Shown here piece by piece: positions 46,426-59,176 of a DNA stretch of 64,000 bases; position 1 is the stretch's first letter, and each line of letters begins with the position of its first letter. The stretch comes from Eledone cirrhosa. Lineage: Eukaryota. A model generated the notes under the pieces. It did not search any database and was not told where the DNA came from. It worked only from the letters and a program-made list of their open reading frames with translations. The position numbers and the translations under genes are program-made. The stretch is taken from positions 19,592,001 through 19,656,000 of the forward strand of contig OZ024746.1 of NCBI GenBank assembly GCA_964016885.1, in the 5' to 3' direction.

Positions 46426-47792
46426 ATATCCAGTGCTTTTATCGAGAATGACACAGCTAGAGACTTATAGAATACTTAGCTGTGTACAGGAACTGGTTTG
46501 AAAGAGCGGTTGCCGGTCCGGCAGAAATTAGAAATTGGAATAAATGCTCTGAAATAGCGATATATATGTGAATATAGACATAGAATATTCGAAAATATTC
46601 TGTATGTTTATAATAAACATTTTGAAGACCTAATCGCTATAGAATAGAATACGTCACGTATTACAATTAGATTCTCGATAAAAGCAAGGGAAGTAATCTA
46701 CGCGTTTCATTCTCGTTAGAAATCATCAGGACTACATATCCAGTGCTTTTATCGAGAATGACACAGCTAGAGACTTATAGAATACTTAGCTGTGTACAGG
46801 AACTGGTTTGAAAGAGCGGTTGCCGGTCCGGCAGAAATTAGAAATTGGAATAAATGCTCTGAAATAGCGATATATATGTGAATATAGACATAGAATATTC
46901 GAAAATATTCTGTATGTTTATAATAAACATTTTGAAGACCTAATCGCTATAGAATAGAATACGTCACGTATTACAATTAGATTCTCGATAAAAGCAAGGG
47001 AAGTAATCTACGCGTTTCATTCTCGTTAGAAATCATCAGGACTACATATCCAGTGCTTTTATCGAGAATGACACAGCTAGAGACTTATAGAATACTTAGC
47101 TGTGTACAGGAACTGGTTTGAAAGAGCGGTTGCCGGTCCGGCAGAAATTAGAAATTGGAATAAATGCTCTGAAATAGCGATATATATGTGAATATAGACA
47201 TAGAATATTCGAAAATATTCTGTATGTTTATAATAAACATTTTGAAGACCTAATCGCTATAGAATAGAATACGTCACGTATTACAATTAGATTCTCGATA
47301 AAAGCAAGGGAAGTAATCTACGCGTTTCATTCTCGTTAGAAATCATCAGGACTACATATCCAGTGCTTTTATCGAGAATGACACAGCTAGAGACTTATAG
47401 AATACTTAGCTGTGTACAGGAACTGGTTTGAAAGAGCGGTTGCCGGTCCGGCAGAAATTAGAAATTGGAATAAATGCTCTGAAATAGCGATATATATGTG
47501 AATATAGACATAGAATATTCGAAAATATTCTGTATGTTTATAATAAACATTTTGAAATACGTGACGTATTCTATTCTATAGCGATTAGGTCTTCAAAATG
47601 TTTATTATAAACATACAGAATATTTTCGAATATTCTATGTCTATATTCACATATATATCGCTATTTCAGAGCATTTATTCCAATTTCTAATTTCTGCCGG
47701 ACCGGCAACCGCTCTTTCAAACCAGTTCCTGTACACAGCTAAGTATTCTATAAGTCTCTAGCTGTGTCATTCTCGATAAAAGCACTGGATAT

Positions 47793-47835
47793 GTAGTCCT
47801 GATGATTTCTAACGAGAATGAAACGCGTAGATTAC
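47793..47835 (+). ncRNA. Type-I hammerhead ribozyme (also 48103-48145); predicted cleavage after A47829
   Basis: GTAGTC-CTGATGA-T.TTCT.AACG.AGAA.T-GAAA-CGCG-TA-GATTAC; 6-bp stem I with one GU, palindromic ACGCGT stem III. Confidence 0.88.
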
Positions 47836-48268
47836 TTCCCTTGCTTTTATCGAGAATCTAATTATAATACGTGACGTATTCTATTCTATAGCGATTAGGT
47901 CTTCAAAATGTTTATTATAAACATACAGAATATTTTCGAATATTCTATGTCTATATTCACATATATATCGCTATTTCAGAGCATTTATTCCAATTTCTAA
48001 TTTCTGCCGGACCGGCAACCGCTCTTTCAAACCAGTTCCTGTACACAGCTAAGTATTCTATAAGTCTCTAGCTGTGTCATTCTCGATAAAAGCACTGGAT
48101 ATGTAGTCCTGATGATTTCTAACGAGAATGAAACGCGTAGATTACTTCCCTTGCTTTTATCGAGAATCTAATTGTAATACGTGACGTATTCTATTCTATA
48201 GCGATTAGGTCTTCAAAATGTTTATTATAAACATACAGAATATTTTCGAATATTCTATGTCTATATTC

Positions 48269-48319
<51 letters not shown>

Positions 48320-48442
48320 TGTTGCAACCTTTTCTCTTTTTCAGAACTCTCCATTTCCCGAAGAAGGACTTATGCCCGAAACGTCAACCCTTCTTTTACT
48401 TCCTAAGAATTTGTGTTTTTGCATCTCCGTGTTTATCTTGTC

Positions 48443-48492
<50 letters not shown>

Positions 48493-48504
48493 ATATATAT
48501 ATAA

Positions 48505-48700
48505 TTATGGATAGTTTTCCAAAAGAGGTAATCAAGAAACCACTGCTAAATAAGGTACTCAATACATTATTAGAGTGAAAACAGAGAAAAATAATATAGA
48601 AATGGCTTCTTCAGGTTTAGAACTGTTTCATTCATATGGAATCATCAGAGCACCAGTTCTAGTCCTGTAGAAGCCATTTTTATATCAATTTTCGTTATAT
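48505..48700. mobile_element. Older HHR family A element with inversion at the ribozyme
   Basis: Degenerate minus HHR 48605-48653 followed by inverted CAGTTCTAGTCCTGTAGAAGCCATT. Confidence 0.7.
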
Positions 48701-48705
48701 ACATA

Positions 48706-48767
<62 letters not shown>

Positions 48768-48793
48768 CATACATACATATATACATACATACA

Positions 48794-48868
<75 letters not shown>

Positions 48869-49601
48869 TACTATAATATATTATATATATATATATATAT
48901 AATATATTATATATATATATATATAGCAAAGGTAAAGCTATAACTGTTTACGTGTAGAGAGCTATATAGGAGAGTATATGGTTGCCAAATAGTTTTATAC
49001 GAAGCTCAATGTGGTTATGTAGTTATAGCTAGTAGATATGAGAGATATTGTTAAGGTAAAAAACACAGAAAGATAGACGTAGGCACAGAGTATATCCAAC
49101 CAAAGAAAATGATAGAATAAAGATCTTATCTCATTTAATTGTTTCTACTTTTGGCACAAGGCCAGCAAATTACCCAGTACATTACTGGTACTTTATTTTA
49201 TCGACCCCGTATGGATGAAAGGCAAAGTTAACCTCGGCGGGATTTGAACTCAGATCATAAAGGGACGTAACTATGCTGGAAAGCATGTCCGAGCCTCTAC
49301 CGATGCTGCCAATTCATCTTATCTCATTTAATGCTTTACAATTGTTTCAACAATACAAGCGATTATTACACGGTTAGGCAAAAGGGAACAACACAAGGTG
49401 GAATATATTGGTGTACAACATGTTTATAAGGATACTATACCTCATCACAAAATACAGAAACTGTATAAGAAAATAAGAATAATAAAAACAAAAATGTGCT
49501 GAAATGTCGAGCCATACAGGGCAGTGTAACCTTCTGTTGCCTGTTTCTGTTTCTTGTAAAGAAATAAATGAGCTAAGATCTTTGTCCTTCGTTCACTTTG
49601 G

Positions 49602-49649
<48 letters not shown>

Positions 49650-49652
<3 letters not shown>

Positions 49653-49989
49653 AGGGTGTTAAAGTTTGCTTGAAGCATTGTGAAATGTGTAAAATATGTA
49701 GTTAAGAAAGCCACAACAGTGCAGATGGGAAATCTCGAGGTAAGAAGTGAGTGAGAAATAGGAGAAAAGTGAAAATGAAAATGAAAACAAAACAAAGGTA
49801 GAAGGGTTACCGTAGTGGAGATTTAATCCCAATATTTCGGGCTCACGCCCATCAATGGGGGAAAGTTCCAAAAGGGGGGGAACCCTTCTACCTTTGTTTT
49901 GTTTTCATTTTCACTTTTCTCCTATTTCTCATTCACTTCTTACCTCGAGATTTCCCATCTGCATTGTTGTGGCTTTCTAAACTACATAT
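49650..49989. mobile_element. Fold-back element in (TA)n with ~110-bp arms
   Basis: Arms ~49695-49808 / 49881-49989; spacer holds a minus-strand GGGC.GTGA.GCCC-GAAA (decayed HHR-like). Confidence 0.7.
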
Positions 49990-50210
49990 ATATATAAGTA
50001 AAAATTAGCGAGAATCGAATTTCAGCTCAGGAATTCACGAGAATCACTTCCGAGTTGTGTGGCAAGCGCTCGATAATTGATATGAATTAGAGCTTACAAC
50101 TTACGTTAAAGGCCAAACACACTGAGATGGTGGTTAAACTAATCAACCACACAGCGAAAATTCGATCGCCTATTTCGGGTCAAACAGATATACATATATA
50201 AAAATATATA

Positions 50211-50257
<47 letters not shown>

Positions 50258-50304
50258 ATATATATATATATAAAGTCTAAATTGGTTATTCACTCTTAAT
50301 TTAT

Positions 50305-50480
<176 letters not shown>

Positions 50481-50497
50481 CTTACATACATACATAC

Positions 50498-51110
50498 ATG
50501 GTGGCTGCCAACTCGTTTTCGAGTACAGCCACTACTTTATATCCATGTAGGAGAACCCCTACCGATGCGCTGAACGAGTGTGACTTTTTAGTCCAGCCAG
50601 CGACTTGAAAACTCTGGTACAAACACTACACTTGTGACAATTATTGACACATAGTGCTGGGCCCATGGTACCATGTGACGACAAGTGCAGAGCAGAGAGA
50701 TCTCCAGATATAAAGCAATGCCTGTGCCGTGAAGCTTTTATAGTGAGCAAAAGCACTGCACAAAGCCAGTCCCACTCTCTTAACCAAGATGATATTTACC
50801 AAAAAGAAGAACAAGTCAACATCATTGGATACCATCAGGCTTGCAGGTGTTATATCAGAGTTTTCCTTCTCCTAGAATTCTGCCTTGACAAAGGCTAAGG
50901 GGTCATCTTTCCCGGTGATTTTGGATGGCTATTGACTCTTAAGAGCTCCTTTGCCCTTTGACAGGTTTTGTTTTTAGTCCTGCAGGATGTCCAAAGTCAC
51001 CCTCCTCACCAAGAAACCTTGGTAGGATTGCCAGTTTAGTCGCCAACGACCCGACCATGGGACAGGTTGTACTGGAATACATGTTACCAGTAGCACCAAC
51101 TGGTGACCTG
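50498..51110 (-). mobile_element. RTE-derived non-autonomous element, ~610 bp
   Basis: Same ends as 15888-16495. Confidence 0.85.
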
Positions 51111-51111
51111 A

Positions 51112-51250
<139 letters not shown>

Positions 51251-52500
51251 TCATCTTGTATTTGTTTTGAAAGTTTCTTGCGTTGAAACAGATATTGTTA
51301 TACTTTGCGAGAGTCATATAGCCAATAAAAACACACGCACCAGTTAACTTATGTAAACCTTCCTGCTTACTTCTCCAGCAATGTTCTGCAAATCGTAACC
51401 ATCTTTGAGCATTTGTAATACTCATAAGCTTCAGAAATAATTTCTTTATAGGCTATGTGGTTGAATTAATGGCTCAATACCCAACTAAATGCCTTATGGT
51501 GTTTACTTTTACCCAAAGAAATTATAAATTCAAATCTTACTTCAATTGACTTTATTGATTTGAGTCTTGCCAGTACACACCACTAAAATCCCCCTTTCGA
51601 CGAACTTATTTAAAAGACAATGTTCTCATTTTTATTGTGAGACTTTCTGGTGTAATATTTTAACAAGGAGACTCCTTGATTTACTTATAAGGCCCCACAC
51701 CCTCGGGGATCACATTTAAAAAAATATATTTTTATTTTATCATTAGATTTTATTCTTTAACACTAAATCATCAAAAATTCTTACTGAATACGCACGTGTT
51801 TTTTCCACCATTTTTCTCTCATTTTTCCACGTTTTTTCATCTTCTCACTCTTTTCTACTATCTATCTTCTATTTCTAACTCTATCTTCTGATGAAGGACT
51901 AGTATCCGAAACGATAAGACTCTCTTCTTGCTATTTCAAGCGTTAAACTAATAGCTTAGAGTCTCATCAAGCCTAAATCCAACTCTATGCATATTCTCGA
52001 AGATCCCTTAACAACATAATCTGAAAACCGTATTTGAAGTTGGTGTGGAGGATAAAGTTAACACAGCGGAAATCTGAAGCTGTGGCAACAATTGTTTCTA
52101 TTTTTGGCACAAGGCCAGCAATTATCACAGTGCATTACTGGTACTTTATTTTATCGACTTTATTTTAACGCAGTGGAAATCTGAAGCTCTGGCAATAATC
52201 TCAGAAAGTTAGTTATGTTAATGAAAATTGTTCCCTTACAATGAAAGAAAATAGAATATCAAAAGAAGAAAAATATTTGAAGGAAAGTGAAGAACAACTA
52301 AAGACAAGAGTCGCGAACATACTGGAATATACGAGTAAAATAAAGAAAATACTGTTGATGTTACTGTTGGCTCTTCTTTCTTTCTTTCTTCCTTTCTTTC
52401 AATTCTAAAACTGACGTTAAGAAAGACAAAAAATGTGAGCGATAAAACAAACACTGTTTTTTTTGCAATACACCAAACTGAATGTGATGATAACATCCTG

Positions 52501-52548
<48 letters not shown>

Positions 52549-52808
52549 ATACATACATACACTTACACACACATTCGTACAAAATGTGATGAAGGAGATG
52601 CTAAGGTTGAAGAAAGGATGTAAAAAGAAAATATCAAAAGACGGTGAAGACGAAATGATATGAAACCTGACCGGTCCCTCAGTGAAGTCAAGAAACTGAC
52701 AACTCATCTGTTAGAAGGACAGCTAGCACATGTTCCACATTCCCAGCGCACCACAGAACATCCATGCAATTCAAAGTGAGGTAGAGGAATGTAAGCGATG
52801 TGCCAAAC

Positions 52809-52860
52809 AGCCAATGGACGACGTTGGTACGCAGTTTAGCTATGACGTCATTTCCTGCCG
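52809..52860. promoter_or_regulatory. CCAAT box plus overlapping ETS-CRE motif
   Basis: AGCCAATGG at 52809; TGACGTCA at 52843-52850, reading GCAGGAAATGACGTCAT on minus. Confidence 0.4.
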
Positions 52861-53740
52861 CCAACTAAAACTGCCTGAGAATGGAATGTTTGGAACGCTG
52901 TCGTCTTTGCAAGAAACGTTTGCTTTTCATTAGTTTTGATGAGGTTGAAGAAAGGCAAATGAAAAACAGACTCGCTTTGCAAATAACCTTTTCCCCCCTC
53001 TTCTTCTTTTACTTTCCTTCCCCTCTTCTATTTACTTTTTTTTTTTACACTCATGTTTCTTAATTTTTCTATTTTCATTTTTTTATATATTCACTTTTTT
53101 GTTTTGTTTTCATATTTTATTTTGTTTGATTTTTGACATTCTTTTCTCGTATGGACGAAGCATAAAGTTAAAACAAAGTTGAAGGTAAACTATACTAGGT
53201 ACATGGATACAGAAACTGTGTAATATATATCAAGTTTAACATATCTTGTCACTCTTTCAAGAACCCCGCCAAGCGATCAAAATTACCAAGAAATATATAA
53301 AAGAATTAAAAAAAAAAAAGATTAAGAAATGATAGACCCAAATACTATCTTTATATATTTATCCTATCCCTCTCTTTACTGATTGTTTTGGTACATATAA
53401 TTCAAAAGTGGCGCGGTTGGGGTCTCGACTGAGTTATGCTTCTTTATTAATGGAATGGCTCGTTTCATAATCAAGATTTTGATAGAAAAATCTTCAGAAT
53501 TTTTAAGATTTCTTCGTAGCAGACACAAAAGGGGAATATAAGATGAGGATGCTCATAATAATACCGATAGTAGTTAATTCTTAACAAAAACACACTTAGC
53601 CTTGCTCTGAAATATTAGGTTAATAACTACTCGAGAAAGAACATGCTGGTGCGACCACCGAAATAATTTACAAGCATCACACAGACAGGCAACCCGTACG
53701 CATGCGCGCATGGATATATTTATTTATATGCGTGATGCGA

Positions 53741-53775
<35 letters not shown>

Positions 53776-53935
53776 AATATATCTGTCCAAGCATGGCCAC
53801 TGTCTAATAACTGAGACCAGTAAAAAGATATATCTATATATATCTATATATATGTATATACATATATATATTTATTTATACACATACTCAATTACACACA
53901 CACACACACACACATACACACATATATATATATGC

Positions 53936-54040
<105 letters not shown>

Positions 54041-54046
54041 CATATA

Positions 54047-54805
54047 TACGAGGTGGTGTTACAAGGTTTCTGGTCTAGCTCTATAGCGCCAGCAGATGAC
54101 AGCATAGAGTTTCGCGCACATTGATAGCGGTAACTGTCATAAACCAGTGTAGCAAGTGACATCGGTGTGTTTACATCAGGAGTTGTTAAACTGGTGTTTT
54201 TCTGATCACGTCCATCTGCAAGTCTGCGATTACATCAAGGACAAAGAGCCAACGTGAAATTTTGCGTTAAACTTTGAAAATCGTCCACAGAGACATTGAA
54301 CATACTTCAGAGACAAAGCAGCAGTTAACGCAATGGAAGAATCCATCATCTCCACGACCGAAGAAGGCGAGACAGAGCCGCAGTTCAATCAAGAGCATGC
54401 CCATCGTCTTTTTTTGGCATTCGCGGCATTGGTCATCGAGTATTCGTTCCCCTCAGCAGACCATCAAAAAAAGAGTTTTACTGCGAAGATCCAAGGCGTT
54501 TGAGGTAGAACATTCGGCTAAAGCGACCGGATCGGTGGCGCGCAAAGACCTAAATTCTCCTCTATGACATTGCACTCTGTCACCGAGCACCGTCCGTGAG
54601 TTTCTCGCCAAACACAACAACTCATCGCTTCTGCACCCGCCCTACTCGCCAGACTAAGTTCTTGCAGACTTCTTTTTTCCTGAAGATGAAAATCAAGCTC
54701 AAAGGTCGCCGTTTTAACACCGTTGCCGAGATCCAGCACAAATCACAGAGGGTTACTGACAAGCTAACAAATGATGACTTCGAGGCCGTATTCCAGGAGT
54801 GGCAA
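54047..54805 (+). pseudogene. Decayed, internally deleted mariner transposase with left end
   Basis: TACGAGG start; ETKQQLTQWKNPSSPRPKKARQSRSSIKSM.IVFF; YSPD*..ADFFFLKMKIKLKGRRFNTVAEIQ. Confidence 0.88.
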
Positions 54806-55318
54806 ATTTGCCACATTAAATATCGGAACAATGAGAAGTAAGTGCAGTGAGATTGTGGAGATATTAGAAAGGAGAAAAGTAGATGTGTATTGTGTATGAG
54901 AAGTGAGGTGGAGGGGCGGCTCGGCCAGATTCATAATAGGCAAAGATCACCGGTACACATTTTTCTGGGAGGGTAGCAAAAACAGAATGGATGAGGGAGA
55001 AATGCTCCTCACTGAGAAATGGGTAAGCCATGTAATTAAGGTTGTCAGAGTGAGTGATAAAATAATTAAACTCAGACTAGCCTTGGGCAATACCACAGCC
55101 ATTATACTATCTGTGCACGCCTCACAAGCGGGACATGCCAACGAACAAAAAGACCATTTCTTCTCAATGGCAGATGACAGTGATCTTATGATCGCAGCTG
55201 GAGACTTCAATCGAGATGTTGGGGAACATCATGAAGGATTCCCTGGCATGCATGGAGGCTATGGGTATGGCACAATAAACGAGGAGGTAACTAGGATCCT
55301 GAAGTTCTATGATGCTCT
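54806..55318 (+). mobile_element. RTE-clade LINE apurinic-endonuclease fragment
   Basis: EVRWRGGSAR..YTFFWEG..VVRVSDKIIKLRL..LSVHASQAG..AGDFNRDVG..HGGYGYGTINEEVTRIL. Confidence 0.88.
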
Positions 55319-56049
55319 TGTCAAAGGGATAAAACTGAAAAGCCCAGCAAAGAGCACAAATAAATTGCTACATCCGTCACTGGTGAGGTCACCACCTCTG
55401 CGGGGGTCCGGAGCAATTTCACGCTTTGCTCCCCCCACCCCCACATTATATCCGGCCCTGAAGATATGTATACATACATACATACATACATACATACATA
55501 CATACATGATGCTTTCGAAGCCGCAGTTTTTTTTTCGAAACCGCAGGTTTTTTTTTAGAAGAGTTTCCCTCTCCTAGAAAGGTGTTGTGAAAACAACTAG
55601 GGCCTTTCATTCCAAGGTAAAAAGAAAAAACAAAAAAAAATACTATTTGGATGGCGACACATACATACATATTTGCATCTAATAACTGCATATACACATG
55701 TACAGATACAAAGCATATACACATGCACACATACAACTCAAAACATCCACATCCACACATACATATCTACCTAGTTGATGCTGTGTAAATTCCAATGAAA
55801 GAGTCTTGTTTGTGTCTATGTTAGAAACCGACCCTCTCTCTCTATTGGTAAACATTTGTGAAATTATAAAACCAGAAGAGCATACATACGTACATACGTA
55901 CATACATACGTACATACATACGTACATACATACATACATACGTACATACATACATACGTACATACGTACATACATACATACATACATACATACATACATA
56001 CATACATACATACATACATACATACATACATACATACATACATACATAC

Positions 56050-56720
56050 ATGATGATGGCTGCCCCCTCGTTATCGAGTATGGCCATTGCACGAGGAGAA
56101 AAAAAATTAATAAATAAAAAAGAAAATAAAAATAAAATATATATATATATATATATATACATACACACACATACACACACATACATTAATAACAATAATA
56201 ATAATAATAATAATCATAACAACAATAATAATAACGACAACAACAATAATAATATACATATACATATATATATACACACATACACGCACACACAAGCATA
56301 TCTATACACACACACACACGATAGCAACTAACAGCGCTGCGATCGAATGTGGCTTTTTAGCTCAGCCAATGATCTAAAATGTCTTGCACAGAGTCGGCAA
56401 CCAAAACATTCACTGGGAATAGTCGGCTGTGGTTGGAGTTCGTGTACTTTTGCATGTCGCTTGAGCCCTCCTGCTGATTTACATTCTCTACCACATGTTT
56501 GGCAAGCATGATGAGTAGCATCTCCAACAGCAGCCTGGTAGTCAACCACTGGTCTTACTTTATGACTGCGAAGATGACTTTCGAGTCCAGCTTTGCTTAG
56601 GCAGAGTCTCGCATAGACGCTGCATGTCAGCACCATAGGAGGACCCTCGCCGTCTGGAAGTGCAACAGCAATGCCCTTCCTCACATCCCGCTTTACTTTG
56701 GACTCGGGCATGTCACGACA
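56050..56720 (-). mobile_element. RTE-type LINE 3' end encoding three C2H2-type zinc fingers (56328-56720)
   Basis: CSVYARLCLSKAGLESHLRSH; CQTCGRECKSAGGLKRHAKVH; CRLCARHFRSLAELKSHIRSQ; family 3' terminus at 56050-56095; (TACA)n flanks. Confidence 0.75.
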
Positions 56721-57447
56721 TACATACATACATACATACATACATACATACATACATACATACATACATACATACATACATACATACATACATACATACA
56801 TACATACGCTATAAATTATATTTATCGTCGTGAATTTATCCCAAGCTATTGTCATAAAACATTGGTTGATAAATACTTTATTTCAGATTCAAAGTAAACG
56901 ACTTTGATTGCATTTGAACAGAGAAAATATTTTATCTTGCTAGAGATTTATCTACAGCGTCTACGCTGTACTTTTAACAGGGGTCTCTGTGTTTGAATGT
57001 GATTAAATGGAAACGACAGATTGTGTTAAAGTAAATAAAATAGAGCAAAGAAAAATAAGTGAATAGGATAAAGGAAATTGAGTCAGGAATTCGGTGATAT
57101 TTTCCCTGTCACCACGTTGTGTCTGTCCGAATCCAATGGCTTTATAACTGCTGTAAATAAGAACATCGCTGATGTAAATAACATCACAGGAAGGAACATT
57201 GAGTTTCGTTGGTTCACAGAATTGAGTTAAAATTGTTCCGGCTGAAAAGGATCGTGGAGAGGCGTGTGTCAAATATTATACATAGCAGTACAGCCTACGA
57301 CGAAATAGATCACAGGTTTCACCTACAGGGGCGATGGAACTGGAGGGGCCAGGGGTGCCATGTATCCCAAACTACCAAAATACACATCTATTTGTATATG
57401 CGCTACAATTTATGTACATGTTATACAGAGACAGATGGGAGAGATAG

Positions 57448-57995
57448 ATATAGAGAGGGGTATTGAAAGAGAGTTCCGTGAAGCAGATATAGAGAGGGGT
57501 AGAGTTTGGTGTAAATTGATATATAGAGGGGTATTGGAAGAGAGTTCCGTGAAGCAGATATAGAGAGGGGTAGAGTTTGGTGTAAATTGATATATAGAGG
57601 GGTATTGGAAGAGAGTTCCGTGAAGCAGATATAGAGAGGGGTAGAGTTTGGTGTAAATTGATATATAGAGGGGTATTGGAAGAGAGTTCCGTGAAGCAGA
57701 TATAGAGAGGGGTAGAGTTTGGTGTAAATTGATATATAGAGGGGTATTGGAAGAGAGTTCCGTGAAGCAGATATAGAGAGGGGTAGAGTTTGGTGTAAAT
57801 TGATATATAGAGGGGTATTGGAAGAGAGTTCCGTGAAGCAGATATAGAGAGGGGTAGAGTTTGGTGTAAATTGATATATAGAGGGGTATTGGAAGAGAGT
57901 TCCGTGAAGCAGATATAGAGAGGGGTAGAGTTTGGTGTAAATTGATATATAGAGGGGTATTGGAAGAGAGTTCCGTGAAGCAGATATAGAGAAGG
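57448..57995 (+). repeat. 71-bp minisatellite, ~7.5 copies, internally identical
   Basis: AAGCAGATAT at 57481, 57552, 57623...57978. Confidence 0.95.
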
Positions 57996-59176
57996 GGAGA
58001 GTTTGGCGTTAATTAAAATAGAGGGGGAATTGGGCGAGTGTTGTATGGTTGATGAGCCTCCGGGTTCGATACAGACTTTAGGCTCTTTAGAGACTTTCTT
58101 ATTGCGCTAATAGTAAATCTCTGAATCCTTTGCTGATGAAATATTCGCATGAAACAAATACGAATTTCGGTGACATGTGATATAATATTACTAATATAAC
58201 AATCAACAGCCTAGCCTGTATTTTGTTTAAATTTAAGAACGAAACCTTACATAAAAATAATCTCTATATAACTTATTGATTTATTTGTTATGAGTAATCG
58301 AAGGCAGGTACATAATTTAATTTCTGACGTGTTCTCGACGAAGACAACGGAGTTGGTGTAACTAATTTATAATTTGTTTCGTAGCTCTATTGACTAAATG
58401 TCATATCGGCAAACAGTAGCGACACAATAGAATACAAATACACTGGGAAATAGATAACATGACAAATGGTGGAGGATATATAATGAATAAACAAGGTCGG
58501 ACACTAACCATAAATTCTGGTTTTTATAACTATCGTCAGAGATACATTAGTAAGTGATTTGTTATCATTTGTGACACTGTCAAATTGTTTCGCTAACTCT
58601 ACAAAAATTACTTTCACTTTAACTACTCGTATATGTACACTAGAAATGACAACTAATTTTAATAACAAAGGCGAATTGAAAGAAGCATAAGAACATGTAG
58701 AGGCACATCTTTGAAGAGAAAAATAATGAATGTTTAATATAAATTCATATGCATGTAACTTATATATTAAATAATTGTTTAGACGTTAAGGATTAAACGT
58801 ATTTTATATGGGTTTTTAAGGATTTCGCCAGCAAGTGATTTTAAATGTTAATGTAGGCGAGATTTTTCTTTTTTCCTGTCGGCGAGGGGTTTGTTTCCGC
58901 ATCCTGGTATAAACAAATAGTAGAGATTCTCCACTTTGATGTAAAAAAAAAATGGCAGTTGTCCTATAAAGTTGGGGTCGTAAACCACCGGAGACTTCGT
59001 TTTACTGTAATGAATATAAGGTACGCCACGCCAGTGGAATCTATCTCTTTAAGCTCATTGTTCTCTCACAGTCCAACGAAACCCTTGATGAGTTAATCTA
59101 CTTTGTAGTAGTTTTAATGCTAGGTAGACTAGAAAGAAGTATTTTGTTAATGCAGTGCTTCTATATAGATTTCTAA

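Larger units (their letters stand above)
46224..48269. repeat. 310-bp HHR-containing tandem array: 4.3 units, then 2.3 inverted units
   Basis: TAAATGCTCT at 46231, 46541, 46851, 47161, 47471; inversion at ~47556; (TA)n on both sides. Confidence 0.97.

Noticed and set aside
54903-55577. 224-aa ORF as a cellular gene (often annotated CFDP2-like)
   Set aside because: It is an RTE endonuclease fragment with upstream stops that runs into unrelated repeat DNA.
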